From an uncultured Verrucomicrobiae bacterium (GTDB taxonomy: Bacteria; Verrucomicrobiota; Verrucomicrobiia; Chthoniobacterales; Chthoniobacteraceae), in contig CAWIKF010000002.1 in assembly GCA_963836755.1 (NCBI GenBank), positions 1,824,001 to 1,888,000 of the forward strand: a stretch of DNA of 64,000 nucleotides. The letters run 5' to 3'. The position numbers and the translations under genes are program-made. The notes below the pieces were generated by a model that was not told the DNA's origin, did no database searches, and was given only the letters and a program-made list of their open reading frames with translations. Position 1 is the first letter of the stretch; the number at the start of each line of letters is the position of its first letter. Below are positions 26,620-39,149 of the stretch, piece after piece.

Positions 26620-27266
26620 TCGGCGTGACGATCGGCAGCGGCAAAGTGTTTGGCAAAATGGCCGAACTCGCTGCGCGCAATTTCACGAGCTGCACCGGCC
26701 TGCCGGCACACGTCATCGGCAAAGCCGAGCAGCTCCTCCTCGGACTCGAGCGACCACACGATTTGAAATTTGAGTTGTTCAATTTGTTCCCAGGAGAAGA
26801 CGCGATCGCCTTCTTCGACGCGGATCTCATTTGGCTGAGCGACTTCGAACCGCGCGAACACTTTGGCGACGATGGGTTTGCCGCCGTGCGCGATTTGTTT
26901 AACACCGATTGGATCCTCTGCGACAGCGCGCGCGCCGGCGTCCGGCCGCAGAATTATTTCAACAGCGGTTTCTTCCTCATTGATCGCACGCGCGCTTCGA
27001 TCCTGGACGAAGCGAAGCGATTGAAAACTAGCGGCCAAATCACGACGCCATTCAAGGACCAGACTTTTTTAAACGCCGCGGCCGATCGTCTCGGCGTCGC
27101 GGTGCAGTATCTTCCGCAGCGCTTCAATTTCCACATCGATCGCGACCAAACCAAACATTTAAACAAAGTAATCGGCGCGCATTTTCACTGGCTGAAGGAC
27201 GAGCCGGATTTTGAAAGCTACTACGACGATCCGCATTGCTGGATTGACACCCCGGCGGCGGAGTGA
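26616..27266 (+). CDS. Glycosyltransferase family 8-like
   Basis: FFDADL, YFNSGFFL, DQTFLN, RFN, HF. Confidence 0.8.
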   Translation: MIGVTIGSGKVFGKMAELAARNFTSCTGLPAHVIGKAEQLLLGLERPHDLKFELFNLFPGEDAIAFFDADLIWLSDFEPREHFGDDGFAAVRDLFNTDWILCDSARAGVRPQNYFNSGFFLIDRTRASILDEAKRLKTSGQITTPFKDQTFLNAAADRLGVAVQYLPQRFNFHIDRDQTKHLNKVIGAHFHWLKDEPDFESYYDDPHCWIDTPAAE

Positions 27267-27721
27267 AGCTGCTCGATACAATCGAAGGTTGCCCGGTGAC
27301 CTGGGACGGCGAGGCGATTGAATTTACCGCGCGCGGCCGGATCGACGACGACGGCGCCGGCGCGCCGCATGGAGATCGCTTTCACCTGGGCGACACCTCA
27401 CTGCACCGCAACGGCGCACCTCTCAACGCCGACACCGAATTTTACATCGTGCTTCCTCCGCAAATCATTCGCGGAGTCGCTCCCATCGTCCTCGGCAGCA
27501 TGGCATGCGTCACCTATCGCGACGTCACGATGCCCGCAGTCGTCGGCGACATCGGGCCGCATCATCGCATCGGCGAAATGTCGATCGCTCTCGCTCGCGC
27601 ATTAGGAATCAATCCGGATGCGAACACAGGAGGCGACGACAAACCCGATGTGCTCTACCGCGTCTTGCCTGGCGTTCCCGCGATCGTCAACGGGATCCAA
27701 TACGAGCTGCAGCATTCGTGA
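27263..27721 (+). CDS. GH75 (chitosanase-like) hydrolase, putative endolysin
   Basis: IDDDG, LNA...YIVLP, AVVGDIGP, IGEMSIALA.ALG. Confidence 0.7.
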   Translation: MKLLDTIEGCPVTWDGEAIEFTARGRIDDDGAGAPHGDRFHLGDTSLHRNGAPLNADTEFYIVLPPQIIRGVAPIVLGSMACVTYRDVTMPAVVGDIGPHHRIGEMSIALARALGINPDANTGGDDKPDVLYRVLPGVPAIVNGIQYELQHS

Positions 27722-27934
27722 AAACGAAACCGCGAGCGGAAAGCGCGGCTGTAAAACAACTGTTGCGGAACTGCGTGCCGTCGAAATCGAGCCTCCGCAA
27801 AGCGATGAAAATCGCCGGAGAAAAAATTGCCTCAGCTCGTCATGAGCGCCCATAAGCGAAGAGCGGTTCAGCGTAATGGTTGCTACGATTTTGTTACTAT
27901 TACCTGCCAATTCCTCGCGAACCCTGATAGATAG

Positions 27935-28022
27935 TGGCGGATGGGGGGGGATTCGAACCCCCGTTACCTTTCGGTAAACACGCTTTCCAGGCGTGCGCAT
28001 TCGACCACTCTGCCACCCATCC
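27935..28022 (-). tRNA. tRNA-Ser(GGA)
   Basis: GGATGGG acceptor stem, anticodon loop CT-GGA-AA, long variable arm, GGTTCGAATCC, encoded CCA. Confidence 0.97.
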
Positions 28023-28196
28023 CGAGCGGGTAAGTCTGCTGCATTTCCTGTTCAGCTCAAGTCCTGAATTTTGTGGGACAGAATGGCCCGCCAAGTGCGA
28101 CACCCCGTGCGTTGCCGCGTCAACACGGCGTCGAACGCTGTCTTGACGAAATGTCGTAAGCGATTGATGTCAAGGGAGTAAAGTTGTCGACCTCTT

Positions 28197-28213
28197 TTGG
28201 AACAGACCCTGCT
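28197..28213 (+). promoter_or_regulatory. Candidate sigma54 (-24/-12) promoter for dnaK-groES-groEL
   Basis: TTGGAACAGACCCTGCT, GG-N10-GC. Confidence 0.45.
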
Positions 28214-28244
28214 AAGCAAGGTTTTCCAAGCTGGCATTTAGTAA

Positions 28245-30215
<1,971 letters not shown>

Positions 30216-30321
30216 CTCACACTTTACGAGACTTGCCGGCCTGTGCTGATTACCAGCGCATTTTCCGGCGTCTCGCGAAACCACAACAACAAAACAAATC
30301 GGAGGAAACTAACTACCTATT

Positions 30322-30615
30322 ATGGCAGCTAACATCAGACCTCTCAGCGACCGGGTTCTCGTGAAACCGCTCGAGGAGAAAGAAGTAAAAAAAGGCGGCA
30401 TCATCATTCCTGACACGGCGAAAGAAAAGCCCCAGGAAGGTGAAGTCGTAGCGCTCGGCACGGGGAAACTCGACGAGAGCGGCAAGAAGATCGAATTCAC
30501 CGTGAAAAAAGGTGACAAGGTGCTCATCAGCAAATACGGCGGCACTGAAATCAAAATCGACGGTGACAACTATCTCATCATGCGCGAGGACGACATCCTC
30601 GGCATCCTCGGGTAA
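30322..30615 (+). CDS. groES: Co-chaperonin GroES
   Basis: [26 protein letters not shown]. Confidence 0.99.
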   Translation: MAANIRPLSDRVLVKPLEEKEVKKGGIIIPDTAKEKPQEGEVVALGTGKLDESGKKIEFTVKKGDKVLISKYGGTEIKIDGDNYLIMREDDILGILG

Positions 30616-30636
30616 GTCTCCATCAACCACAACTAA

Positions 30637-32301
<1,665 letters not shown>

Positions 32302-32328
32302 GTCCGCGCGTCAAAGTTTAACCTCAAC

Positions 32329-32364
32329 AACAGCCGGGCTCGCAAGGGCCCGGCTGTTTCTTTT
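32329..32364 (+). terminator. Intrinsic terminator after groEL
   Basis: aacagccggg...cccggctgtt plus T-run. Confidence 0.85.
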
Positions 32365-32379
32365 GGGCTATGGAAGAGT

Positions 32380-32630
32380 GAGGTTTTCGCTTCCGCTGAC
32401 GAGGTTTTCCGCGACAGAAAACCGGTTTTCCGCCGCAGGCACGAGGTTTTCCACGCCGGAGATGGGTATTTTGCGACAGAAAACCTTGTATCCGTCGCGG
32501 AAATGAGGTGTTCCGCGTCTCCTGCGAGGTATTCCGGAGCGCCGGGAGGTATTTTGCGACGGAATACCTAGCATCCCTCGCGCGCCACCTCGTCCGCGGA
32601 CTGGATTACCCTGTATCCGCCGCAGCCGGG
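32380..32630. repeat. Degenerate ~21-bp tandem repeat array
   Basis: GAGGTTTT/GAGGTATT-like units at 32380, 32401, 32422, 32443, 32505, 32526, 32546. Confidence 0.6.
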
Positions 32631-32723
32631 CGGGATTTTTCACTCTCTTCCAGAGTAAATGCCTAAGAAACCGACGCTACACCGCCAATCATGGGCAGGG
32701 GTGCCGCGGCCACAGTAATTCGC

Positions 32724-32939
32724 TTACCCGAGGCGATAGACGATCCGCGCCTTATTCAGATCGTAAGGCGACATCTCGAGTTTCACCCGGTCGCCGGTGG
32801 TGAGGCGGATGAAGCGCTTGCGCATTTTTCCGGAGATGTGGGCGAGGACTTCATGTTTGTTGTCGAGCGCGACCTTGAACATCGTGCCAGCGAGAACGGC
32901 GACGATTTTGCCTTCGGTTTCGATTGTTTGTTCAGCCAT
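32724..32939 (-). CDS. infA: Translation initiation factor IF-1
   Basis: [14 protein letters not shown]...GDRV..EMSPYDL.KARIVYR. Confidence 0.98.
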   Translation of the reverse strand: MAEQTIETEGKIVAVLAGTMFKVALDNKHEVLAHISGKMRKRFIRLTTGDRVKLEMSPYDLNKARIVYRLG

Positions 32940-32964
32940 GTAGGAACTGCGGAGTTTTTTGGAG

Positions 32965-32998
32965 AAAAAAAAAGCGAGGCCTGTTGCCAGGCCTCGCT
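32965..32998 (-). terminator. Intrinsic terminator after the RRM gene
   Basis: agcgaggcctg/caggcctcgct stem with a minus-strand T-run. Confidence 0.75.
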
Positions 32999-33010
32999 CA
33001 CATTTTTGAC

Positions 33011-33292
33011 TTAGCGGCGTGAACCGGAGAAGGAGCGCGCGGGGCGTTCTTCGCGGGCGCGGGCTTCGTTCACAGTCAGGTTGCGACCGTCGACGGTTTT
33101 GCCGTGGAGGGCGCCGATGGCTGCCTGCCCGGCGGCTGCGTTCGCCATGGTGACAAAGCCGAATCCGCGGGAGCGGCCGGTCATTTTGTCCTGGATGAGC
33201 GCGGTGTCGGAGACATCGCCGAAGGGCGAGAAAAGATCCTGGAGATCGTTCTCAGTGGTGTCGAAGGATAGGTTTCCTACGTATAGTTTCAT
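33011..33292 (-). CDS. RRM RNA-binding protein
   Basis: LYVGNL (RNP2), RGFGFV (RNP1), VNEAR. Confidence 0.95.
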   Translation of the reverse strand: MKLYVGNLSFDTTENDLQDLFSPFGDVSDTALIQDKMTGRSRGFGFVTMANAAAGQAAIGALHGKTVDGRNLTVNEARAREERPARSFSGSRR

Positions 33293-33586
33293 TTGGTTTT
33301 TGATATCAGTTTGAATTGGCGAGCTTCTGAAGCTGTTCCCGAGAACCGGGTTTCGAATCACCAATGAGAAAACTCACCTGACGATCTACCACGCTACGAA
33401 CACGAACAATCAACTAAGCGGCGAGAGTAAGCGCGCTGGCGGAATTGTGCAAACGAAAGTTTTACTTTTCCGGCGATGATGGCGAATCGTGGGGCGGATG
33501 CTCGCGTGCAGTGGCCTTTGCCGAAAGCCGAATCTTTTTCCAAAAAACCGCTTTTTGGCGCAAAAATAAATTGACGCGCGAGCCAG

Positions 33587-33601
33587 TGAGACTGAGTCTC
33601 A
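33587..33601. promoter_or_regulatory. 7-1-7 palindrome, candidate Fur-family operator
   Basis: TGAGACT-G-AGTCTCA between TTGACG (33571) and the FTR1 ATG. Confidence 0.6.
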
Positions 33602-33608
33602 GAAGCGC

Positions 33609-34634
33609 ATGAGTGACATCGCTCTCACCGACGTTTATCGCGAACCGGCAAGGCCCGCGCTCCCGATGCTGCCGAAATGCCTTTTGATTTTCGGGGGATT
33701 GCTCGTGGTATCGCTGCTCATTTGGCAGGGGCTCGCTGCGAAGGGCGCGCCCGATCCGCTCTCGGAGCAATCGAGTAGGTTCTCGGCGACCTTTGACATC
33801 GCGGTGCTGGTTTTTCGCGAGGGACTGGAATGCGTGCTCGTCCTCTCGGCGATCACCGCGAGCATGGTCGGCGCGAACGCCGCTCATAAAAAGCCGGTGG
33901 CCGCGGGCGTCGGCGCGGGATTTCTCGCTACGATCGCGACATGGTTCATCGCGGTGGCGATCATCGCGGATCTGACGCAAAACGTTTCCGCGCTCGACAT
34001 CCAAGCGGCAACGGGGCTGCTCGCGGTCGTTGTTTTGCTCGTGGTGATGAATTGGTTTTTCCACAAAATCTACTGGGGCCGCTGGATTACGCTGCACGGG
34101 AAAAAGAAAAAGTCGCTGCTTAACGAAGCAAATGGATCGCTGATCACGCGCCGGCGTCTTTTCTGGGGACTCGGCTTGCTCGGCTTCAGCGCGTTTTATC
34201 GCGAGGGATTCGAGGTCGTGCTTTTCCTGCAGAGCTATCGCTTGAAAATGGGGAGCTCTGTGGTGCTCGGCGGCGCGGCGATCGGGATGTTCTTTTCCGC
34301 GCTTGTCGCTTTGTTAACGTTTGTTGCCCATCATCGTCTTCCGTATCGGCGGATGCTCGTGCTGACCGGCGTGATGCTCGGGTTCGTATTGATCGTGATG
34401 GTCGGCGAGCAGGCGCAGGAAATGCAGCTCGCGCGATGGATTTCGACGACGCCGATCAAGGCGCTGGCAGATTTCACGCCGAATTGGGCCGGAGTTTGGT
34501 TCTCATTTTTCCCGACAGTCGAGACGATCGCGGCGCAGATTCTTGCGGCGGCGATCGTGATTCTTTCCTACTTCCTCGCGCGGTCGGAAATGCGAAACGC
34601 GCCGGCGCAAGTGGCCGCGCCGATCAATCGCTAA
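33609..34634 (+). CDS. FTR1 family iron permease
   Basis: REGLE and REGFE motifs, multiple TM segments. Confidence 0.93.
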   Translation: MSDIALTDVYREPARPALPMLPKCLLIFGGLLVVSLLIWQGLAAKGAPDPLSEQSSRFSATFDIAVLVFREGLECVLVLSAITASMVGANAAHKKPVAAGVGAGFLATIATWFIAVAIIADLTQNVSALDIQAATGLLAVVVLLVVMNWFFHKIYWGRWITLHGKKKKSLLNEANGSLITRRRLFWGLGLLGFSAFYREGFEVVLFLQSYRLKMGSSVVLGGAAIGMFFSALVALLTFVAHHRLPYRRMLVLTGVMLGFVLIVMVGEQAQEMQLARWISTTPIKALADFTPNWAGVWFSFFPTVETIAAQILAAAIVILSYFLARSEMRNAPAQVAAPINR

Positions 34635-36069
34635 CGACTTTTCCCGCGAGCTGTTCGTAGATCCGCTCGTATTGCTGGGCAGCGTTTGCCCACGAAAAAT
34701 TGCATTCCATCGCGCGAAGCATCAGCGCCTTCCACGCGGCGGAATCGGCGAAAAACTTTTTCGCGCGGCCGATCGCATCCCAAAGCGCCTCGGCGCTGTA
34801 TTCGTAAAATAAAAATCCATTTCCGTCGCCGGTCGTCGGATCGTAATCGGTGATGATCTGGTGCAGCCCGCCGCTGGCGCGCGCAAGCGGGATCGTGCCG
34901 TATTTCAGCGAATACATCGCGGTCAGCCCGCACGGTTCGAAGCGCGACGGGATCAGCGTGATGTCGGCGCCGGCCTCGGCGAGATGGGCGAGTTTGTCGT
35001 CAAAGGCCTTGTGAAATGCGAAGCGGCCCGCATGGCGTTTCGCGGCGACGAAAAAGTCGCGCTCATATTGCGGATCGCCTTCGCCGAGAATGACGAGCCG
35101 CACATCATCGGCGAGCAATCGGTCGAGCAGCGGCAGCAAAATATCGATCCCTTTTTGCTCCGCGAGCCGTGAAACCATCGCGATCACCGGCCCGCGCGGA
35201 TTCGGCTCCAGCGCGCACTCCGCGAGCAGCGCATCGCGACAAACTTTTTTCCCGGCCGGCGCGGACGGCTTGTATTTTTTCGGAATGAATTTGTCGGTCG
35301 CGGGATTCCACGTCGCGTAGTCCGCGCCATTCAAGATGCCGGTGAGCTTCCGCGCATTTTCGCGCACCACGACATCGAGCCCCGCGCCAAATTCCGGCGT
35401 CTGGATTTCGCGCGCATAATGCTCGCTCACCGTCGTGACCGCGTCCGCGTAAAGGATGCCGCCTTTCATGAAATTGAGCTGCCCGTAAAACTCCACGCCC
35501 TTTGCTCCGAAGTAATCGCCCGGCAGATTCGTCAGCCCGAAATCAACGCCCCAGAAACTTCCTTGATACGCAAGATTGTGGATCGTGAGCACCGTGCGAA
35601 ACGGCAGCGCCTGATCGCGCACGAAGACCGGCAGCAGCGCCGTCTGCCAATCATGCATGTGCAAAATATCGGGCGAGGGATTCACGCGCCGCGCGAGTTC
35701 CACGATCGCTTTCGTGAAAAAAATGAAGCGCTCCGCGTTGTCCTCGTAAGCGCGTCCGTCGGTGCCATAGATCGCGCTACGGTCAAAATATTCGTCGCGC
35801 TTCACGAGAAAAACCTGCACGTCATTCGGCGCGAGCGTTTCCAGAATTTCCGTGTCGATGCGGCGGCTGCCGACTTGCACTGTCATTTGGACGCCGGTGT
35901 TTTTGATCTTCAGCGCGCGGTTCTCGCGGATGCTGCGATAAAACGGAAGCACGACGCTCACCTCGTGCCCGCGCTTGTCGAGTTCCGCTGGCAGCGCCTC
36001 GAGCACGTCGCCGAGTCCGCCCGTGCGCGCGAGTGGCGCCATTTCGCTGCTGGCCATCAAAATTTTCAT
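34624..36069 (-). CDS. glgA: Glycogen synthase
   Basis: RTGGLGDV, HDWQT, TIHNLAYQG, PSRFEPCGL. Confidence 0.96.
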   Translation of the reverse strand: MKILMASSEMAPLARTGGLGDVLEALPAELDKRGHEVSVVLPFYRSIRENRALKIKNTGVQMTVQVGSRRIDTEILETLAPNDVQVFLVKRDEYFDRSAIYGTDGRAYEDNAERFIFFTKAIVELARRVNPSPDILHMHDWQTALLPVFVRDQALPFRTVLTIHNLAYQGSFWGVDFGLTNLPGDYFGAKGVEFYGQLNFMKGGILYADAVTTVSEHYAREIQTPEFGAGLDVVVRENARKLTGILNGADYATWNPATDKFIPKKYKPSAPAGKKVCRDALLAECALEPNPRGPVIAMVSRLAEQKGIDILLPLLDRLLADDVRLVILGEGDPQYERDFFVAAKRHAGRFAFHKAFDDKLAHLAEAGADITLIPSRFEPCGLTAMYSLKYGTIPLARASGGLHQIITDYDPTTGDGNGFLFYEYSAEALWDAIGRAKKFFADSAAWKALMLRAMECNFSWANAAQQYERIYEQLAGKVVSD

Positions 36070-36203
36070 CGCGTGCGCATCAGAACACAGCGGTTTCCCG
36101 CCACGCAAATACAAACGTGGGCCGCAGCCTGCCGGGCCTTTAAATCGCGCTTGTCATCGATTTCTTCATTGCTACATTCCCCAGCCTTCACACGGTTCTC
36201 TGC

Positions 36204-36674
36204 ATGACGCTCGGCAACTTACTCACCGTCGAACAAATCATTCCCGAAATGAAAGCGACGGAACGTTACGCCGCCATTGAGGAGCTCACCGACTTGCTCG
36301 TCGCGCGCGGCCAAGTCGTCGCCGCCGACCGCGACACGGTGCTTCAAGCGCTCCGCGCGCGCGAGGAAACGATGAGCACCGGCATCGGCTTCGGTATCGC
36401 CATTCCGCACGCTTCGTCTGACCGCGTCGGCAAAGTCGTCGCCGCTTTTGGCCGCAGCACCGCCGGCATTGAGTTCGAGTCGCTCGATAATGCGCCGGTA
36501 AAATTCATCGTCCTCTTCATCGTCCCGAAGGACCAGTTCCAAACCCACCTCCGCACGCTCGCTGCCATCGCGAAATTCCTCAACGATCGCACCGTCCGCG
36601 AGCGCCTCGGCACCGCCGCCTCCGCGGCCGAAATCCTCACCATCTTCGAGAGCAACGCACCGGCGCGCGTCTAG
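36204..36674 (+). CDS. PTS EIIA domain protein (fructose/nitrogen type)
   Basis: REETMSTGIG.GIAIPH. Confidence 0.92.
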   Translation: MTLGNLLTVEQIIPEMKATERYAAIEELTDLLVARGQVVAADRDTVLQALRAREETMSTGIGFGIAIPHASSDRVGKVVAAFGRSTAGIEFESLDNAPVKFIVLFIVPKDQFQTHLRTLAAIAKFLNDRTVRERLGTAASAAEILTIFESNAPARV

Positions 36675-36762
36675 GCGATTCGCCGCGGATCGACTCCCCC
36701 GATGAGTGCAGAACTTTTGCAGTCGCGCCGTCTTTTCATCCATCGGGAAGTGCGTCATTAAA

Positions 36763-38463
36763 ATGGAAACGCTAATTTCCCTCCTCGAGAAAAAGTTGCG
36801 CGACGCGCTCGCCGGCTTCGCGAAAATCGAGCCGCGCGTCACCGCCGCCGCCGACACCCGCTTTGGGGATTACCAGACGAATGTCGCGATGCTCCTCGCG
36901 AAAGAAATGCGCGCCAATCCGCGCCAGATCGCTGCGAAAATCATCGAGCGCATCGACGTCGCCGGACTTTGCGAAAAACCGGAAATCGCCGGCGCCGGGT
37001 TCATCAACTTTCGCCTCACCGGCACGTTGTTAAACACACGTTTGGCCGACCTCGCGCGCGAGCCGATGCTTGGTGTCCCGCGTGCGACGCCGAAAAAAAT
37101 CGTCGCCGATTTCAGCGGTGTAAACATCGCGAAGCCGATGCACGTCGGCCACATTCGCAGCACCATTCTCGGCGACACTTTGGTCCGCATCGCGCGCTTC
37201 CTCGGCCACGAAGTCATCGCCGACAACCATCTCGGCGACTGGGGGACGCAGTTCGGCAAAGTCATCTACGGCTGGAAAAACTTTCGAGACGACGACGCGC
37301 TCGCTGCCGATCCCGTCGAGGAGCTCGTGCGGCTTTATCAGCTCGCGCATTCGCTTTCCGAAAACGACGAAACCATTCTCAACGCCTGCCGCGCGGAGCT
37401 CGTAAAACTGCAAGCCGGCGACGCCGAAAATTCCGCGATTTGGAAAAAATGCGTGGAGCTTTCGTGGCACGAATTCGAGCGAATGTATGAGCTGCTTGAC
37501 GTCCATTTCGACGAGCATTTGGGTGAAAGTTTTTACAACTCGCGGCTCGCGCCATTGGTCGCGAAGCTCGAATCCATCGGCATCGCCGAGCAGAGCGAGG
37601 GCGCCACGTGCGTTTTCTTCCGCGACAATCCCGCGCTCGCCGCCAACCCGTGCCTCATCCGCAAAAGCGACGGCGGGTTTCTTTATGCGACGACCGACCT
37701 CGCGACGATCGAGTATCGCATCGAGCGCTGGTCTCCGGACGAAATCTGGTATGTCGCCGGCGCGCCACAGCAGCTGCACTTCGACCAGGTCTTCGCCGTT
37801 GCGCGGAAGATGGGCGTGACCGCGGCGCTCCGTTTCATCCCATTCGGCAGCATTCTCGGCGAGGACCGGAAGCTGATGAAATCGCGCGGCGGCCGCAACG
37901 TTCAGCTCGGCGCATTGCTCGCGGAGGCGCAGCAACGCGCGTTGTCGATTGTTGAACAAAAGAACACGGCGCTGCCCGATGCGGAGAAAAATGGAATCGC
38001 GCAAATCATCGGCATCGGCGCGGTGAAATACGGCGATCTCTCGCAGGCGCGGATGAGCGATTATGTTTTCGCGTGGGACAAAATGCTCGCGCTGCACGGG
38101 AACACGGCGCCGTATTTGCAGAACGCCTACGTCCGCATCCGCTCGATTTTTCGCAAGCTCGACGCCGCGTGGGAACCGCCGGCTGAGCTCGCGCTTACTG
38201 AGCCCGCCGAGCTCGCGCTCGCAAAAAAAATCCTTCAGTTCGGCGAGACGGTGCCGACGGTGCTCGACGATTTTCGACCGAACATTCTCGCCAGTTATCT
38301 CTACGAACTCGCAAACGTTTTCCACGCCTTTTACGAGGCGTGCCCGGTTTTGAAGGCGGAGGAGCCGGCGCGACAGTCGCGCCTCGCGCTCGCCGATCTC
38401 ACCGCGCGGATCCTCGCGCAGGGGCTCGCGCTTCTCGGCATCGGCGTGCCCGAAAAAATGTAG
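36763..38463 (+). CDS. argS: Arginine--tRNA ligase
   Basis: FGDYQTN, NIAKPMHVGHIRST, GNTAPYLQ. Confidence 0.97.
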   Translation: METLISLLEKKLRDALAGFAKIEPRVTAAADTRFGDYQTNVAMLLAKEMRANPRQIAAKIIERIDVAGLCEKPEIAGAGFINFRLTGTLLNTRLADLAREPMLGVPRATPKKIVADFSGVNIAKPMHVGHIRSTILGDTLVRIARFLGHEVIADNHLGDWGTQFGKVIYGWKNFRDDDALAADPVEELVRLYQLAHSLSENDETILNACRAELVKLQAGDAENSAIWKKCVELSWHEFERMYELLDVHFDEHLGESFYNSRLAPLVAKLESIGIAEQSEGATCVFFRDNPALAANPCLIRKSDGGFLYATTDLATIEYRIERWSPDEIWYVAGAPQQLHFDQVFAVARKMGVTAALRFIPFGSILGEDRKLMKSRGGRNVQLGALLAEAQQRALSIVEQKNTALPDAEKNGIAQIIGIGAVKYGDLSQARMSDYVFAWDKMLALHGNTAPYLQNAYVRIRSIFRKLDAAWEPPAELALTEPAELALAKKILQFGETVPTVLDDFRPNILASYLYELANVFHAFYEACPVLKAEEPARQSRLALADLTARILAQGLALLGIGVPEKM

Positions 38464-38496
38464 CGCATCGCGCGTCGCGGGTTACATTGCGGTCCG

Positions 38497-38820
38497 ATGA
38501 ATTCCGCCGAACCGATCAACGTCAACAACGACAGCTTCAACTTTGCCGTCGAAAAATCGCCGATTCCCGTCCTCGTCGATTTCTGGGCCCCGTGGTGCGG
38601 CCCGTGCAAAATGATCGCGCCGGTGCTCGATGAGATCGCCCGCGAACAGGCCGGCGCGGTGCGGATCGCAAAAGTGAACGTTGATGATGAACCGCAGCTC
38701 GCAGCGCGCTTCAACATCCGCTCGATCCCGGCGCTGCTGATTTTCCGCGACGGCGTGGTCAAAGAGACCCTCGTCGGGCTGACGAGCAAGCAGAATCTCC
38801 TCGCAAAACTCGCTGCTTAG
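38497..38820 (+). CDS. trxA: Thioredoxin
   Basis: WCGPC. Confidence 0.96.
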   Translation: MNSAEPINVNNDSFNFAVEKSPIPVLVDFWAPWCGPCKMIAPVLDEIAREQAGAVRIAKVNVDDEPQLAARFNIRSIPALLIFRDGVVKETLVGLTSKQNLLAKLAA

Positions 38821-38832
38821 CGGCGGGAAAGT

Positions 38833-39084
38833 CGAATCCGGGACGTCCCAAATCAAATTTGGGAGGTTCCAAGTCCAATCCAGGGCGTCCCAAGGCTAAT
38901 CCGGGACTTCCCAGGTCCAATCCGGGCGGTCCCGAGCCGAATCCGGGACGTCCCGGGTTGAATCCGGGAGGTCCCGAGTTCAATCCGGGTGGTCCCGAGT
39001 TGAATCCGGGTCGTCCCGAGTCCAATCCGGGACGAGGAAACTTGCAGCCGGGACGAGGGAGGTCCGGTCCGGGAGCCGAAAATC
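38833..39084. repeat. 21-bp tandem repeat array, about 10-12 units
   Basis: Consensus nnAATCCGGGnnnTCCCnnGT, decaying to the right. Confidence 0.9.
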
Positions 39085-39149
39085 GGCGCTTTCTGCGCGT
39101 CGAGCGAGACTTTTTCTCTGTTAACGCAGCTTACGGCACCCGTGAGCAG

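Larger units (their letters stand above)
2513..27934 (+). mobile_element. Prophage late region (siphovirus-like) ending at tRNA-Ser; the element probably extends left beyond the window
   Basis: Co-oriented terminase, portal, protease, scaffold, capsid, tail, tape measure, fibre and lysis-like genes ending next to a tRNA 3' end; no sheath gene recognised. Confidence 0.9.

Noticed and set aside
2513..27265. Phage TTGACA sites as ordinary plus-strand sigma70 promoters for the adjacent genes
   Set aside because: A -10 box 17 bp downstream would fall inside the CDS, shows no consensus, and would exclude the start codon from the transcript.
27934..28146. Short ORFs over the tRNA
   Set aside because: They are spurious translations of the tRNA-Ser gene.
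38833..39084. CRISPR array
   Set aside because: The total period is only 21 bp, with no unique 25-45-bp spacers and no cas genes.
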